From IMG/VR virus record IMGVR_UViG_3300042445_000711, positions 11,569-75,568 of that record: a DNA stretch of 64,000 bases; one strand, 5' to 3'. This document shows, piece after piece, positions 20,291 through 30,733 of this stretch. Under the pieces are notes generated by a model, which searched no databases, had not been told where the DNA came from, and saw nothing but the letters and a program-made list of their open reading frames with translations. A program made the position numbers and the translations under genes. The DNA is from a virus. How positions within the stretch are numbered: the first letter of the stretch is position 1; each line of letters begins with the position of its first letter.

Positions 20291-21135
20291 ATTGATATTA
20301 TTTGTTTAATTAATTGTTCCCACTTTGAATACCCTAAATAATGATAAGTTGGTGATAATTCAAACCCAAACCTTTCATCATCTAATGGTAATTTAAATCT
20401 ATACTTTGATAATGCTCTATACATAACTCTGTATTCTTCCGAATATGAGTAATCTTTATTTTGATTTGCAACGTGCCTAATTCTACCCGCGCAAGTACTA
20501 TCCCATTTAAAATGATGAACTTGTACATTATACATTTCAATTGGTGCAATTAAAGGATGCTTCCAACCTTGCCATTTCCAAGTTGTATGTCCATCTATCT
20601 TTGCATAATGTTGTCCGTTTGTAATCTCAACATATCCTTTTGCAATACAAATCTTATTAGGATTTGCACCACTTAATGGGTGTCTAAAAAATCCAGCATA
20701 TGGAAACTTTTCGAATATATCATCTGTATCTAATAACTCAACCATCTCCCCATCTACACCAATTCTATCTACGAATCCACCTCTAACCATATCCCATCCA
20801 TTCATATCGCAAGCTGCTATAATAGATTTAAGTGAATACGAATAAGAGTGAAACTCATCATCATCTGATATTACCCACCAATCATTAGGATGCGAGGATT
20901 TAACTTCGTTGTAAAGTTTAGTTACTTTTTCCCAATTATATAATTCTTCAACTACTACTTTTACTATTTTAGCATTTCGAAATTGAGATACGATATTTTG
21001 AACCTCTGCTAAATTGGATTGCTCTTCCCAATCATACACAACGATATGCATTTCATCCACCATATCTGTATAGTGGTTTAACATATGTTTTAATGTTGTT
21101 GTTCTAGAACCTGTTACTGTAACTAATCTAATCAT
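20287..21135 (-). CDS. GT2-like (GT-A) glycosyltransferase
   Basis: HMLNHY..VDEMHIVVYD, WWVISDDDEF (DxD), HHFKW. Confidence 0.7.
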   Translation of the reverse strand: MIRLVTVTGSRTTTLKHMLNHYTDMVDEMHIVVYDWEEQSNLAEVQNIVSQFRNAKIVKVVVEELYNWEKVTKLYNEVKSSHPNDWWVISDDDEFHSYSYSLKSIIAACDMNGWDMVRGGFVDRIGVDGEMVELLDTDDIFEKFPYAGFFRHPLSGANPNKICIAKGYVEITNGQHYAKIDGHTTWKWQGWKHPLIAPIEMYNVQVHHFKWDSTCAGRIRHVANQNKDYSYSEEYRVMYRALSKYRFKLPLDDERFGFELSPTYHYLGYSKWEQLIKQIISI

Positions 21136-21899
21136 TTTCTTCTAACTAATGTAAGACCTGTTGATGATGGTTTATTTTTTACTATTCCAAAGTTAAATAA
21201 ATCAAATGTTTCCCATTTTGGATTTTCTTTTAATTCTTTTACAAACTGAATAGGACCATTCCAATCTTCGTGGTCATTTCTATCTTTAACTTCGTTTGTA
21301 ACTAAGTAACTATCCGCAAAATTAGGGTCAGTATCGTGAATAGAAATAATTCCATTTCGGGATAAGAGTTGGGAATATAATTCAAAATCTTCTTTAACAT
21401 TTTCATAACTGTGTCCTGCATCTATATGTAAGTAATCAATTTTAATATCATTTAATACAAAAAAATTATGGAATGCTTCTTCTGTAGTAGTTCCTAAAAT
21501 ACGAGGATGAAAGGTTCTTCTAAAAAATGATTCTTCTTTGAACCAATCTACCTTACCACCAATGCCATTCATAGCATCAACTACATAAGTAACCCCAATA
21601 TCTCCCCAATTTAAGTTAGCATCACCTTCAAATATACCTTGTCTGTATAAATCATATCTTGCCTGAGTCATTAATCTAGGCACAAAACCCCCACCACTAC
21701 CTAAACAAACGCAAACTTTTGCTCTCATATACTGAATAAGAGAATAAATAATTAAACCATCTCCTAAATGAGTATCAGTTGCTCCATGTGACCATCTGTA
21801 TGGAACTGGTATTACTTCTTCTTCCTGATGTTCATTGAATTCTAAATTATTTGTTAAGTAACTTTTTAAGTAGTGTATATCTTGTAGTACTGGTAGCAT
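21132..21899 (-). CDS. Class I SAM-dependent methyltransferase (Methyltransf_24-like)
   Basis: CLGSGGG, IDYLHIDAGHSYENVKEDF, GIISIHDT. Confidence 0.85.
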   Translation of the reverse strand: MLPVLQDIHYLKSYLTNNLEFNEHQEEEVIPVPYRWSHGATDTHLGDGLIIYSLIQYMRAKVCVCLGSGGGFVPRLMTQARYDLYRQGIFEGDANLNWGDIGVTYVVDAMNGIGGKVDWFKEESFFRRTFHPRILGTTTEEAFHNFFVLNDIKIDYLHIDAGHSYENVKEDFELYSQLLSRNGIISIHDTDPNFADSYLVTNEVKDRNDHEDWNGPIQFVKELKENPKWETFDLFNFGIVKNKPSSTGLTLVRRK

Positions 21900-21932
21900 T
21901 GTCAGTTTTTTAGCTTGGTAATTAAAAGTACA

Positions 21933-22922
21933 TCAAATATACGAAAAAAAATTCAGATTAACAACTGTTTCTATCCATTTATTTTTATCAGTAAATTTTT
22001 CCAATCCTTTCTTTAATCTATCAAATTGTTTTTTATTTTTTTCAAATCCATCTTCTAATATTCGTAGATACTGATAATGAAATTGTTTTTTATTCATTGC
22101 TCTGTATCTGTATTTAATATCTTTCATCCAATCAGAATGTATTATAGGTAATTTGCCATTATCTATTGCATCAAATATTGCATATCCAAATGGTTCTTTG
22201 GTATAACAACCGTGAAATATCTTGAATTGTTTTTGAAAAAATGTGTTGTGGAAACGATAATCAAATTCTATAAAAGTATGCACATCTGTATTTATCTTAC
22301 TACCCTCCAACATTCGTTTATAATCGTATTTGTTTGAAAATATGAAAGCAGGTATCCCATCTAAGTAATGAGCATTTTTTCTTGTTTCACATCTTGCAGC
22401 ATAACCAATCTTATTACTTACTACCTCTGTATATGGTTTGTTTTGTTTCCATTCATAGTAGTTTGGTATTGTAATTGTATTTGGATAGTATGTATGTATT
22501 GTATCTTTTTCATAACCTATCCATACGATATTTTTAGAATTGTCCAAAATATCCTTTTGCCAATGCCAATCCATTCTTGTCATTAGATTTTCGTACTCAT
22601 CATTTAATCCCAACATATCAGGAATAAATGCATGAACAAACGTTGTGTGAGTTTTGTGAAGATACTTTTTGATTATAGGATTTGGTTTGTAAGAATGGTG
22701 TAAAAAAACTATTTTATCACATTCATCTAATATCCTATCTATTTCTTCATCATTTCCAAAAGTGTAGATTGCATCTTTTTCTGGCAATAGGGGTCTACCA
22801 TCAACTACAATTTTATAATCTTCTGTAACTAATGGTAAGATGCTCTCTACAAAGTTGTTACACCATATATCAGAACCACCTACTATATTTTTTCCGTAAC
22901 CAGTTGTAATGAATACTATCAT
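21933..22922 (-). CDS. GT-B (GT4-like) glycosyltransferase
   Basis: GGSDIW N-terminus, R...RKN, EPFGYAIFDAIDNGKLPI (E-x-F-G motif). Confidence 0.7.
   Translation of the reverse strand: MIVFITTGYGKNIVGGSDIWCNNFVESILPLVTEDYKIVVDGRPLLPEKDAIYTFGNDEEIDRILDECDKIVFLHHSYKPNPIIKKYLHKTHTTFVHAFIPDMLGLNDEYENLMTRMDWHWQKDILDNSKNIVWIGYEKDTIHTYYPNTITIPNYYEWKQNKPYTEVVSNKIGYAARCETRKNAHYLDGIPAFIFSNKYDYKRMLEGSKINTDVHTFIEFDYRFHNTFFQKQFKIFHGCYTKEPFGYAIFDAIDNGKLPIIHSDWMKDIKYRYRAMNKKQFHYQYLRILEDGFEKNKKQFDRLKKGLEKFTDKNKWIETVVNLNFFSYI
21934..21964 (-). promoter_or_regulatory. Bacteroidota primary-sigma promoter (-33 TTG / -7 TAnnTTTG)
   Basis: Minus strand TTG-N20-TATATTTG upstream of the methyltransferase. Confidence 0.7.
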
Positions 22923-25900
22923 ATAGAACCACTAATTCTTGCTTCTAATTCTTCTACTCTTTTATTTAAGTCTTGTACTACCTTCACCATAGATGAAAAT
23001 ATAGATTGATAATATACACCATCTACACTTCCAGAATTATCATGAATTACCCAATCGGTATATCCCAAATCAGAAACTTCTTCTGCTATAAGTCCTGAGT
23101 GCAATGCATTTGAAACTGTTGTATCTTTATCTTTAAAAGATACAATATTTAAATCTAAAATTCTTTTTGCAGATTCTAATGGTAGGGGGTTTATTTCTTT
23201 TTTATATTTTCTGGATGATGACACCTTTTTTACACGTCCACTGGTATCAACACCTAAAGTAGTTAAACCAGATGCTGAATATAAAAAATCAAATGTTAAT
23301 GAATCCGAATGACCACCTTGATTGGTATCATTTTGATATAATCTGATTCTCTGTGTAAACATTGAATAATCATACACCAAACTACCAAATCCAGAACCTA
23401 CAAAGTCTATACCACTTGATGTTAATCTTAATTGACCAAATGTTATACCTAAACTATTTAAAGTAGCACTACCTGCCGTTACATCTCCTGAAAATGAACC
23501 ACCTGTAGCAGTAATATTTCCTCTAAATGATGCGTTACCACTACTATCTATAAAAAAGTTTTTTGCAGAAATCCATCCACCTGAACCTAATCTAATACCA
23601 CTTGTTGTGAAAGAACCATCACCACCACCTGCTGCATTTGCGGTTAATTGTGAAGCCGACATTGACCAACCACCAATTGTTCCCGATGTTGATTTCAAAA
23701 TACCAGCGGGTGTTACACTAAATGGTGCATCAGCAAATGTTGCATTACCCAAATAAATACCATTACTATCTGCTTTAAAAATGCTATTACCACTACCGAT
23801 TGCAATACCTCCTGTAAATGTGCCAGTTGCCGCTGATATATCTCCACTAAATGTTCCACTTCCGTTTATTGAAAGTACACTACCATTAAATGAAAGTTTA
23901 TCACCTAATGAAAAATTACCAGTACTATCCACATAAAATCCAGTATTTGAATTTCCGTATGTACCACTACCTATATAAATTCTTTTATTTACACCATCTA
24001 ATACAATACCCGCATCACCTACTCTAAATTGATTACTAAAATATCCAATAGTTCCACCAATTACAGGTGCAAAAATTGTTGTAGAACTTATGAATGCTCC
24101 TGTATAACCGCCATCTGCTAAAGATTTAACTTGTGCCGCTGCGGAAGCAAATGCCGCATTTGATTTGGATGTAGCATCAGATGAGGCAGTTGCTATTGCA
24201 TCATTTTTTGCATTATTTGCTTTAGTAGTTGCATCACTAGCTGCAGTTGCTATTGCATCATTTTTTGCATTATTTGCTTTAGTAGTTGCATCACTAGCTG
24301 CGGTTGATATTGCAGTATCGGCTTTTGATTGGGCACCAGATGTTGTTTCTGCGTTACCACCGGTTACTGTTATAGAACCATTTACTGATAAGTTTGTTCC
24401 ATCGTAAGATAATTTATTACCTAATGAAAATTTACCCGTACTATCTAAATAAACATTTGTATTTGTATTATTAAATGCTCCTGAATATTCATTATACACC
24501 GTATCAGATGGATTTACTATTCCACCAATAAATATTTTTCTAGGGTTTTGTCTTGCATCTAAATAAATTGATGGGGTTGTACCAACTTTAAATAATTCAC
24601 TAAAGTATCCAAGTTGTCCACCAATAACAGGAGAATAAATTGAATCATTTTCTATAAATGTTCCTGAATATCCACCATTTGCTAATTGTTGTACTCTTGC
24701 AAAAGCATCTGCTTTTGCATTACTAATACTTGTACTTACACTACTACTTAAAGATGTAATTGATGCAGATACCGAACCACTTAGTACTCCGATTGTACCA
24801 CTTACAGAACCACTTAACACTCCAATAGTTCCACTTACAGAACCACTTAGTGTTACTATAGAACCACTTACAGAACCACTTAAAGTAACTACACTACCAC
24901 TAACTACCGATAAACTACCACTAACAGATGAACTATTATTTGTAACCGTTCCACTAATAGAAGATGATACTCTATTTAAATCTGCTAAAGATTGAGATGT
25001 AGATGAACTAATTAAAAGTATAGTACCACCAATATTTGTATTACCACCAGTAAATGTTGCACTCTGAGTTACTTCAACGGGTACATAATTATTATTTATA
25101 TCGTAAAATTCAAATTTAAAATTAAATGTTTCATTACCCAATACTGTTGGCATTGTTGTAATAAATCCAATTTCATCAGGTGAGAATGCCGTATCTTCTG
25201 ATAATTTTAAACTAATATTACCCAAATGCCATTCTCCTTGTGATTGTGAAAAATATAAAGATGCAGTTGGGAAATCTCTATCTATTTTAAAAGGTATAGT
25301 TGTATCTAATAAATTTTTAGTTGGTTGTGTTCCTGCTAAAGTTGCAATACTACTACTTGTTGAACCTGATACTAAATAAATTCCTAAATTACTATCTATT
25401 GATGATGAGTAAAATACATCTAAATTTAATTCGTAAGTATTTGTACTTTTTAAATCTAAAGATTGTGTATATGTAAATAAACCACTACCTGTCAATCTAA
25501 CACCCGCTTCAACTCTACTCGATGTAAGGAACGCATTTAATGAACCTGTATTCCATTGAGTTTTTAAAACTTCAGATGTAAATATACCTGTATTACCAAC
25601 TACACTACCTGTAAGTTCATCTGTTGTTAATAATTCTTTTGATTCAACTAATATATCTTGTATTAAATCATAATCGGAAATATCACCAATTGATGTTCTA
25701 AAAACTTTTACTCTTTTTACATCACCCGCAAATGTTTCTAAATTTGAAAGTTTTATATTAGCAAAAGATTGAGTAACTGCCGATGCAACTTTTGTATCAC
25801 CAACAAATGAATAAATTGGATTTAATATTTCACTAATGGAAGCAGTTGGTCTTCTATAAAACCTAATTCTTGTATCATTTGCTAAAGATGGTACTACGTT

Positions 25901-26353
25901 AATTTCTTTTTGCCACTTAACGTTATAACTACCTTCCCAATTTGCAGGTATAGGAGTATTTATTCCATTATTATCATATGATGCCAATTCACCTAATATT
26001 GTAATAGTAGATGGACCATATGCAGTATCCGGATATATGTAAACCGAAACTACTTTAGAAACACCTTCATAATATTCAGTTACAATTGGTTCTCCGTTTA
26101 CTGATGCTGAAACTATACCTTCACCTGGTTCGTGGTATATTATATCACCTTTTGAATCTTTTAATTCAATTTTTATTAAACTATCGGCAACCAAATATTC
26201 TGAACCTTGTATAAGGAATGCGTTTTTACCACCAGTAAATGTATCGGGAAGTTCTGTTAATTTAAAATATTTGCTTAACGGGTCTGTATCTGTAACAAAT
26301 GTATTATATTTGTCTAAATTATCAGCAAATAATGTTTTTTTAATGATTGCCAT
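22919..26353 (-). CDS. Long tail fibre/spike with C-terminal intramolecular chaperone (peptidase S74)
   Basis: Gly/Ser-rich repeats; C-terminal SSRKYKKEI...GLIAEEV...VYY..I...VQDLNKRVEELE. Confidence 0.85.
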   Translation of the reverse strand: MAIIKKTLFADNLDKYNTFVTDTDPLSKYFKLTELPDTFTGGKNAFLIQGSEYLVADSLIKIELKDSKGDIIYHEPGEGIVSASVNGEPIVTEYYEGVSKVVSVYIYPDTAYGPSTITILGELASYDNNGINTPIPANWEGSYNVKWQKEINVVPSLANDTRIRFYRRPTASISEILNPIYSFVGDTKVASAVTQSFANIKLSNLETFAGDVKRVKVFRTSIGDISDYDLIQDILVESKELLTTDELTGSVVGNTGIFTSEVLKTQWNTGSLNAFLTSSRVEAGVRLTGSGLFTYTQSLDLKSTNTYELNLDVFYSSSIDSNLGIYLVSGSTSSSIATLAGTQPTKNLLDTTIPFKIDRDFPTASLYFSQSQGEWHLGNISLKLSEDTAFSPDEIGFITTMPTVLGNETFNFKFEFYDINNNYVPVEVTQSATFTGGNTNIGGTILLISSSTSQSLADLNRVSSSISGTVTNNSSSVSGSLSVVSGSVVTLSGSVSGSIVTLSGSVSGTIGVLSGSVSGTIGVLSGSVSASITSLSSSVSTSISNAKADAFARVQQLANGGYSGTFIENDSIYSPVIGGQLGYFSELFKVGTTPSIYLDARQNPRKIFIGGIVNPSDTVYNEYSGAFNNTNTNVYLDSTGKFSLGNKLSYDGTNLSVNGSITVTGGNAETTSGAQSKADTAISTAASDATTKANNAKNDAIATAASDATTKANNAKNDAIATASSDATSKSNAAFASAAAQVKSLADGGYTGAFISSTTIFAPVIGGTIGYFSNQFRVGDAGIVLDGVNKRIYIGSGTYGNSNTGFYVDSTGNFSLGDKLSFNGSVLSINGSGTFSGDISAATGTFTGGIAIGSGNSIFKADSNGIYLGNATFADAPFSVTPAGILKSTSGTIGGWSMSASQLTANAAGGGDGSFTTSGIRLGSGGWISAKNFFIDSSGNASFRGNITATGGSFSGDVTAGSATLNSLGITFGQLRLTSSGIDFVGSGFGSLVYDYSMFTQRIRLYQNDTNQGGHSDSLTFDFLYSASGLTTLGVDTSGRVKKVSSSRKYKKEINPLPLESAKRILDLNIVSFKDKDTTVSNALHSGLIAEEVSDLGYTDWVIHDNSGSVDGVYYQSIFSSMVKVVQDLNKRVEELEARISGSI
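24186..24301. repeat. Exact 57-bp in-frame tandem duplication in the tail fibre
   Basis: Identical units start at 24186 and 24243 and encode ATAASDATTKANNAKNDAI. Confidence 0.9.
24760..24960. repeat. Degenerate 33-bp (11-aa) repeats, LSGSVSG(T/S)I.., in the tail fibre
   Basis: Recurrent 'gaaccactta' units; boundaries approximate. Confidence 0.75.
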
Positions 26354-26360
26354 TCGTAAT

Positions 26361-26378
26361 ATCTTTAATATAAATATC
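26361..26378 (-). promoter_or_regulatory. Putative late promoter motif ATATTTAT(A/T)
   Basis: GATATTTATATTAAAGAT upstream of the tail fibre ATG; a 17-mer is identical to 34828-34844. Confidence 0.6.
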
Positions 26379-26406
26379 CTAAAAAAATATATTTTACATA
26401 ATTATA

Positions 26407-26441
26407 TAAAGAAAACTAATAATTACTAAAGAAAACTAATA
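26407..26441 (+). repeat. 15-bp direct repeat (TAAAGAAAACTAATA x2, 20-bp period), candidate operator
   Basis: Copies at 26407-26421 and 26427-26441, abutting the ATG of the RHH gene. Confidence 0.7.
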
Positions 26442-26611
26442 TGAAATATGCAATGTTACAAATAAAAAAAGAAACCCACGAACTTCTCAAAGAATATTGT
26501 GAAGAACATGGGTTCAAAATGGGTAGTTTGGTTGAAAATTTAATTAAAAAACACGTCGGTGTCCATAAACCATCTGTAAATATTTTAAGAGTGGATAAGA
26601 TTAGAAATTAA
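26441..26611 (+). CDS. Ribbon-helix-helix (CopG/Arc-like) DNA-binding protein, 56 aa, not in ORF track
   Basis: MKYAMLQIKKETHELLKEYCEEHGFKMGSLVENLIKKH...: beta strand, helix, G turn, helix. Confidence 0.7.
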   Translation: MKYAMLQIKKETHELLKEYCEEHGFKMGSLVENLIKKHVGVHKPSVNILRVDKIRN

Positions 26612-29600
26612 TCTTACTAAACCCATCTACTTTTTTAATTTCAATTAAACCATCTACAATATCTCTCATTTGTTCTAAGTGTGATATAACCCATATAAAA
26701 TCAAATTGAGTTTTAAGATATTGCATCATCATAAATAAAGATGATAGATTATCCGAATCTAATGTTCCAAATCCTTCATCTATAACTAAGAAGTTTGGAC
26801 GGGGTAAATTACATATGTTAATAAGAGCAACTCTAATTGCCAATCCACTAACAAACTTCTCCATACCACTACACATTTCTAATGGCCATTCCTGGTCATC
26901 ATAAACTATTTTAGCATTGATTGATTTACCATCCATTTCCATTACACATCCAAAATCAACTACTTGTGCAAGAATATTATTTACTTCATTTTCAATAACA
27001 GGTAAGGCTTTAGAAATTAACTCATAAGGTATTCCATCTCTCTTTACAGAATCCAAATAGTAGGTGTATAAACGATTCTTTTCCTCCAAGTCCTTAACTT
27101 CATTCATTCTACCTTTTATCCCCTCTACAAACGAAGATATGGAGGCAATAACACCCTTCGTATCACCAATCTTTCTACTCAATTCAGATACTTCCAATTC
27201 TATTTCTTTTTTGGTTCTTTGTAAACCATTTATAATAGTTTCTATCTGAGTATTACGTTTGATTGTTTCTTCATTTACATAATATTTACGGATATTTTCT
27301 TCAACTACTTCTAATTGATGCTTTGCTAATTCTATTTTAGTTTTTAATCCGTTTAATTCTGCTTTTTCGGTTTCTATCGTAGAATATCCTTTTTGATATT
27401 TTAACTTTAATGTTTGTAAATTTTTGTATTGTTCTTTGGATGTTTCAAAAAGACTCATTACATTTAGAGAACCATTTACATCATCTAAACTATAATCCAA
27501 ACTATCTTCTAATCCTTCTAATTCTTCTTTTGCTTTTAATGCATCTTTCACAAATACATTATCACAACAAAATTTACAATTAGGGTCATATTCATGCTTT
27601 TCTAAATGAGCAATCTTATCTTTAATAGATTGAATCTTTTGTTTTAATAATTGGTGTTTAGTATCTGCTTCACTAAAATCTTTTTCTGCTTGAACATAAT
27701 TAGAGTGTGCTTCTTCAATATCAATATGTTCTTCTTGTGAAACATAAAACTTTTTAGTATCTTCCATTGATTGAGAAACTTCCCCAACTAATTTACTATA
27801 ATCGGTAATAGTATTTTCTTTTGTTTCAAATGAAGCAGTATATCCATTTAATGTAGATTGTAATTTGGCTTTAGATTGGTTTAAATCATCTATATTTAAA
27901 TTACCATCCATTGGAACTAACTGAGAACTTAATCCAACAATCCTTTCTCCCAAATCATCCCTATCATATGTTCTATCACCTAATGTTTTTTCTAAATCTT
28001 TAAGTTCAGCAGTTTTACTAATAAATTCAATTTTCTTTTCAGCTAATTCAGATGTAAAATCTGTTTTCTTAAAGTTTTTAATTAAGATAGAAACTTCTTT
28101 AACATCTTCACTTGCAATATCATATAACTTGTCAAAGATATTAATACCCATAAACTGTGCTAATAAATCTTTTCTTTCAGATTGGGATTTATCAATGAAT
28201 AACGCGTTGTTACCTTGTAAAGATAATGCAGTTAAAATAAAATCTTCATATTTTCCTACATATTGTTCAATAATTTGATTTGTATCTCTTCTTTCGTTTC
28301 CGTTTAGGATAGTATTTAATCCACCCTCTTCTTTCCAAAACTGAACATCAACTTTAACATTCTTTCCTTTGTTAATTGTTTTAGCAGTTCTTTCAATATG
28401 GTAATCTAATCCATCAATTTGAAAATGTAAATGACAAACAAAATCTGTTTTACGATTATTTAGAATATTAGATGCTTTAAATGCTCTACTACATTTATCG
28501 TATAAACAAAATGATATTGCATCAAATAAAGAAGATTTACCTGCTGCATTTGGTGCAAACAATCCCATCAATCCACCTACTTTGGTAAAATCAATTTTGT
28601 TATTTTCCCCATAAGAGAACATATTTGAAAACTCAAACTTAACTGGTTTCCAATGTATATTTCTATGAGTATCTTCGTGGGTAATTCTACTATTAATATC
28701 TCTATTTATTGCTTCTAACCCATCCAAATCTTCTTTACTAACGAATGGCATCATTCTGTTAATATAATCGTTTATAAGAGAGTTCTGATAGTTTACATCC
28801 GTTATATCTTCAAAATCTAATCTATTGTTTCTATTACCAGTTTTTGATTTAGAAAAAGAATCGGTTCTAATAATTGTAAAATCTTCAACACCATATAATT
28901 GTTTTATTTCAGCAATTACTTTCTTTGTATCGGCAGTATCGGTATTGGATAAACGAACTCTTAAACGAGGATTCTTTGGCATATCGGAAACCTTTGGAAC
29001 ATTTCCATTATCAATATCCATTGTGTAATATCCATAATCATTTTGAATATCAATTTCCTCATAACTCATTTTATCCAAATCCCAAACAAGCAAACCATGT
29101 TTCTCTAAAGTTTCACCAAAGTTTTGTTGAACCAATGAACCTGCATACGCAATCGTACATCCTTTAGGAGATGTAATAATTTGTCGTTTATGAATATCAC
29201 CTAATAAGGCTAAATCGTATCCATCAAACATATCTGGTGTAAAATGACGAGATGAAACTACATACCCAATATCTGTTTGAGATGTATCCAAGGGTCCGTG
29301 AAAAAGAGCAATCTTTTTATTACCAAACAATTTATTTGCAGGAATCCAATTATCTCTTTTGTCAAAAATAGAAAATACTGAAAAATCTACTGCACCAATA
29401 GAATAAACTTGAGTATCTCGTAGGTATGTAAAGTTTGGTAAGTTCAATGCTTCTACAATTGGAGTCAATACATCCAATCTATCGGAGTTATTCATATTAC
29501 AATCGTGATTACCTGTAATAAGAATAGTTTCACACAATTTAGAACATTCTGTAAATAACCAACTAATCTCTCTCACTAATTCAGGAGATAATTCTAATTT

Positions 29601-29759
29601 AGCATGAGCAATATCTCCTGCTAAATAAATAATTGAATCCTCTGTTCCTCTTTTACGAATCTCATCAAACATTTTATTAAATACTTGACGATACTCATTA
29701 TGTCTTTTCACATTACGGATATGAACATCGGCAATGTGATAGATTTTCTTTAAACTCAT
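26601..29759 (-). CDS. Fused Mre11/SbcD (gp47-like) nuclease and Rad50/SbcC (gp46-like) ATPase
   Basis: ADVH, GD, GNHD, GDIH nuclease motifs; APNAAGKSS Walker A, CKFC hook, CSGMEK signature, LVIDEGFGTLD, ISH. Confidence 0.92.
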   Translation of the reverse strand: MSLKKIYHIADVHIRNVKRHNEYRQVFNKMFDEIRKRGTEDSIIYLAGDIAHAKLELSPELVREISWLFTECSKLCETILITGNHDCNMNNSDRLDVLTPIVEALNLPNFTYLRDTQVYSIGAVDFSVFSIFDKRDNWIPANKLFGNKKIALFHGPLDTSQTDIGYVVSSRHFTPDMFDGYDLALLGDIHKRQIITSPKGCTIAYAGSLVQQNFGETLEKHGLLVWDLDKMSYEEIDIQNDYGYYTMDIDNGNVPKVSDMPKNPRLRVRLSNTDTADTKKVIAEIKQLYGVEDFTIIRTDSFSKSKTGNRNNRLDFEDITDVNYQNSLINDYINRMMPFVSKEDLDGLEAINRDINSRITHEDTHRNIHWKPVKFEFSNMFSYGENNKIDFTKVGGLMGLFAPNAAGKSSLFDAISFCLYDKCSRAFKASNILNNRKTDFVCHLHFQIDGLDYHIERTAKTINKGKNVKVDVQFWKEEGGLNTILNGNERRDTNQIIEQYVGKYEDFILTALSLQGNNALFIDKSQSERKDLLAQFMGINIFDKLYDIASEDVKEVSILIKNFKKTDFTSELAEKKIEFISKTAELKDLEKTLGDRTYDRDDLGERIVGLSSQLVPMDGNLNIDDLNQSKAKLQSTLNGYTASFETKENTITDYSKLVGEVSQSMEDTKKFYVSQEEHIDIEEAHSNYVQAEKDFSEADTKHQLLKQKIQSIKDKIAHLEKHEYDPNCKFCCDNVFVKDALKAKEELEGLEDSLDYSLDDVNGSLNVMSLFETSKEQYKNLQTLKLKYQKGYSTIETEKAELNGLKTKIELAKHQLEVVEENIRKYYVNEETIKRNTQIETIINGLQRTKKEIELEVSELSRKIGDTKGVIASISSFVEGIKGRMNEVKDLEEKNRLYTYYLDSVKRDGIPYELISKALPVIENEVNNILAQVVDFGCVMEMDGKSINAKIVYDDQEWPLEMCSGMEKFVSGLAIRVALINICNLPRPNFLVIDEGFGTLDSDNLSSLFMMMQYLKTQFDFIWVISHLEQMRDIVDGLIEIKKVDGFSKINF

Positions 29760-30697
29760 AAACTATTAATTTTTGTTAATAACAACTCCTCTATTCCAAA
29801 CTCTTTTGTATTATTTAATTCTTCGTAAAACTTATTATACCCCATATCGGCAGCATCTTTATCTTTTAGATTCATAAACTTAACATTTATTCCTTGCTTC
29901 CTAAAATATTCGGATGCTTTCAATGCTTCTGTTTTTGCATCATTATCCAATGAGATAACAATATCACTAACCCCATTCATAAAGATTTTCTCAACTAATG
30001 TTTTAGATGGAAACTTACCTAATAGTGGAATTGCGTTTCTTCTGATTGTAATTGCATCAAATACTCCCTCACATAAGATAATAGGTTCATTCCAATTTAT
30101 TTGTGAATCAAAACAAATTACATTCTTACTGATTGGTGGGTTTTTGTATTTCATCTTCTCATCTACATAATAAGAACGAGAAACAAAGTAATTTAACGAA
30201 CCATCGCAATTGTAAGATGGGATAATTACTCTTCTACTATATAAACCTTCTTTACAATACCCAATACCATACTTTACAATTTGTTTTTCTGTTATACCTC
30301 TTTGAATAAGGTAGTTCATTGCCTGTTTATATTCTGGATTGAATCCTTTTGGTTGTTCTGCTAATGAAATAAACTCTTTTGGTAATGATATGAATATTTT
30401 AGCATCACCATCTTCGTTTTGTGGGTTATAGTGTGAATCACCATATATCTCCCTAATAACTGCAATAGTTTTTCTATCAACATCTAATTTCTTTAATAAG
30501 GATGTAAGTTTCTTACCACCACTATTACACGTCCAACAATGCCAATTCTGTGTTTCGGTATTTACTTGTAATTTTTGTTTGTGATGGTGGCAAAATGGAC
30601 AGTAGAATGCTAATTCGTTTCCCCTTAAAACGGAAAAACTCCCTAACGTATTAGATAGTGTTGTAGTAATCTTTGTCTTGTCTGTATTATTCAGCAT
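29756..30697 (-). CDS. DNA primase (Zn finger + TOPRIM); start revised to ATG at 30697
   Basis: CPFC..H...WHCWTC, CEGVFD, LDND, KDAAD; the upstream ATG at 30715 lies inside a promoter. Confidence 0.9.
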   Translation of the reverse strand: MLNNTDKTKITTTLSNTLGSFSVLRGNELAFYCPFCHHHKQKLQVNTETQNWHCWTCNSGGKKLTSLLKKLDVDRKTIAVIREIYGDSHYNPQNEDGDAKIFISLPKEFISLAEQPKGFNPEYKQAMNYLIQRGITEKQIVKYGIGYCKEGLYSRRVIIPSYNCDGSLNYFVSRSYYVDEKMKYKNPPISKNVICFDSQINWNEPIILCEGVFDAITIRRNAIPLLGKFPSKTLVEKIFMNGVSDIVISLDNDAKTEALKASEYFRKQGINVKFMNLKDKDAADMGYNKFYEELNNTKEFGIEELLLTKINSL

Positions 30698-30701
30698 GAT
30701 A

Positions 30702-30733
30702 CAAATATACGACATTTATTTCAAATTTCCAAA
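30702..30733 (-). promoter_or_regulatory. Bacteroidota primary-sigma promoter
   Basis: TTTG-N20-TATATTTG, ending 4 nt before the primase ATG. Confidence 0.75.

Noticed and set aside
1-22922. Bacterial LPS/capsule locus or eukaryotic giant virus origin
   Set aside because: No flippase, polymerase or export genes; contiguous with gp6/gp25 baseplate, tail fibre, primase and late sigma genes, with bacterial promoters
24186-24301. Repeats as a CRISPR array or DGR template/variable pair
   Set aside because: In-frame tandem coding repeat with no spacers, no adenine-specific mismatches, and no cas or reverse transcriptase gene in the window
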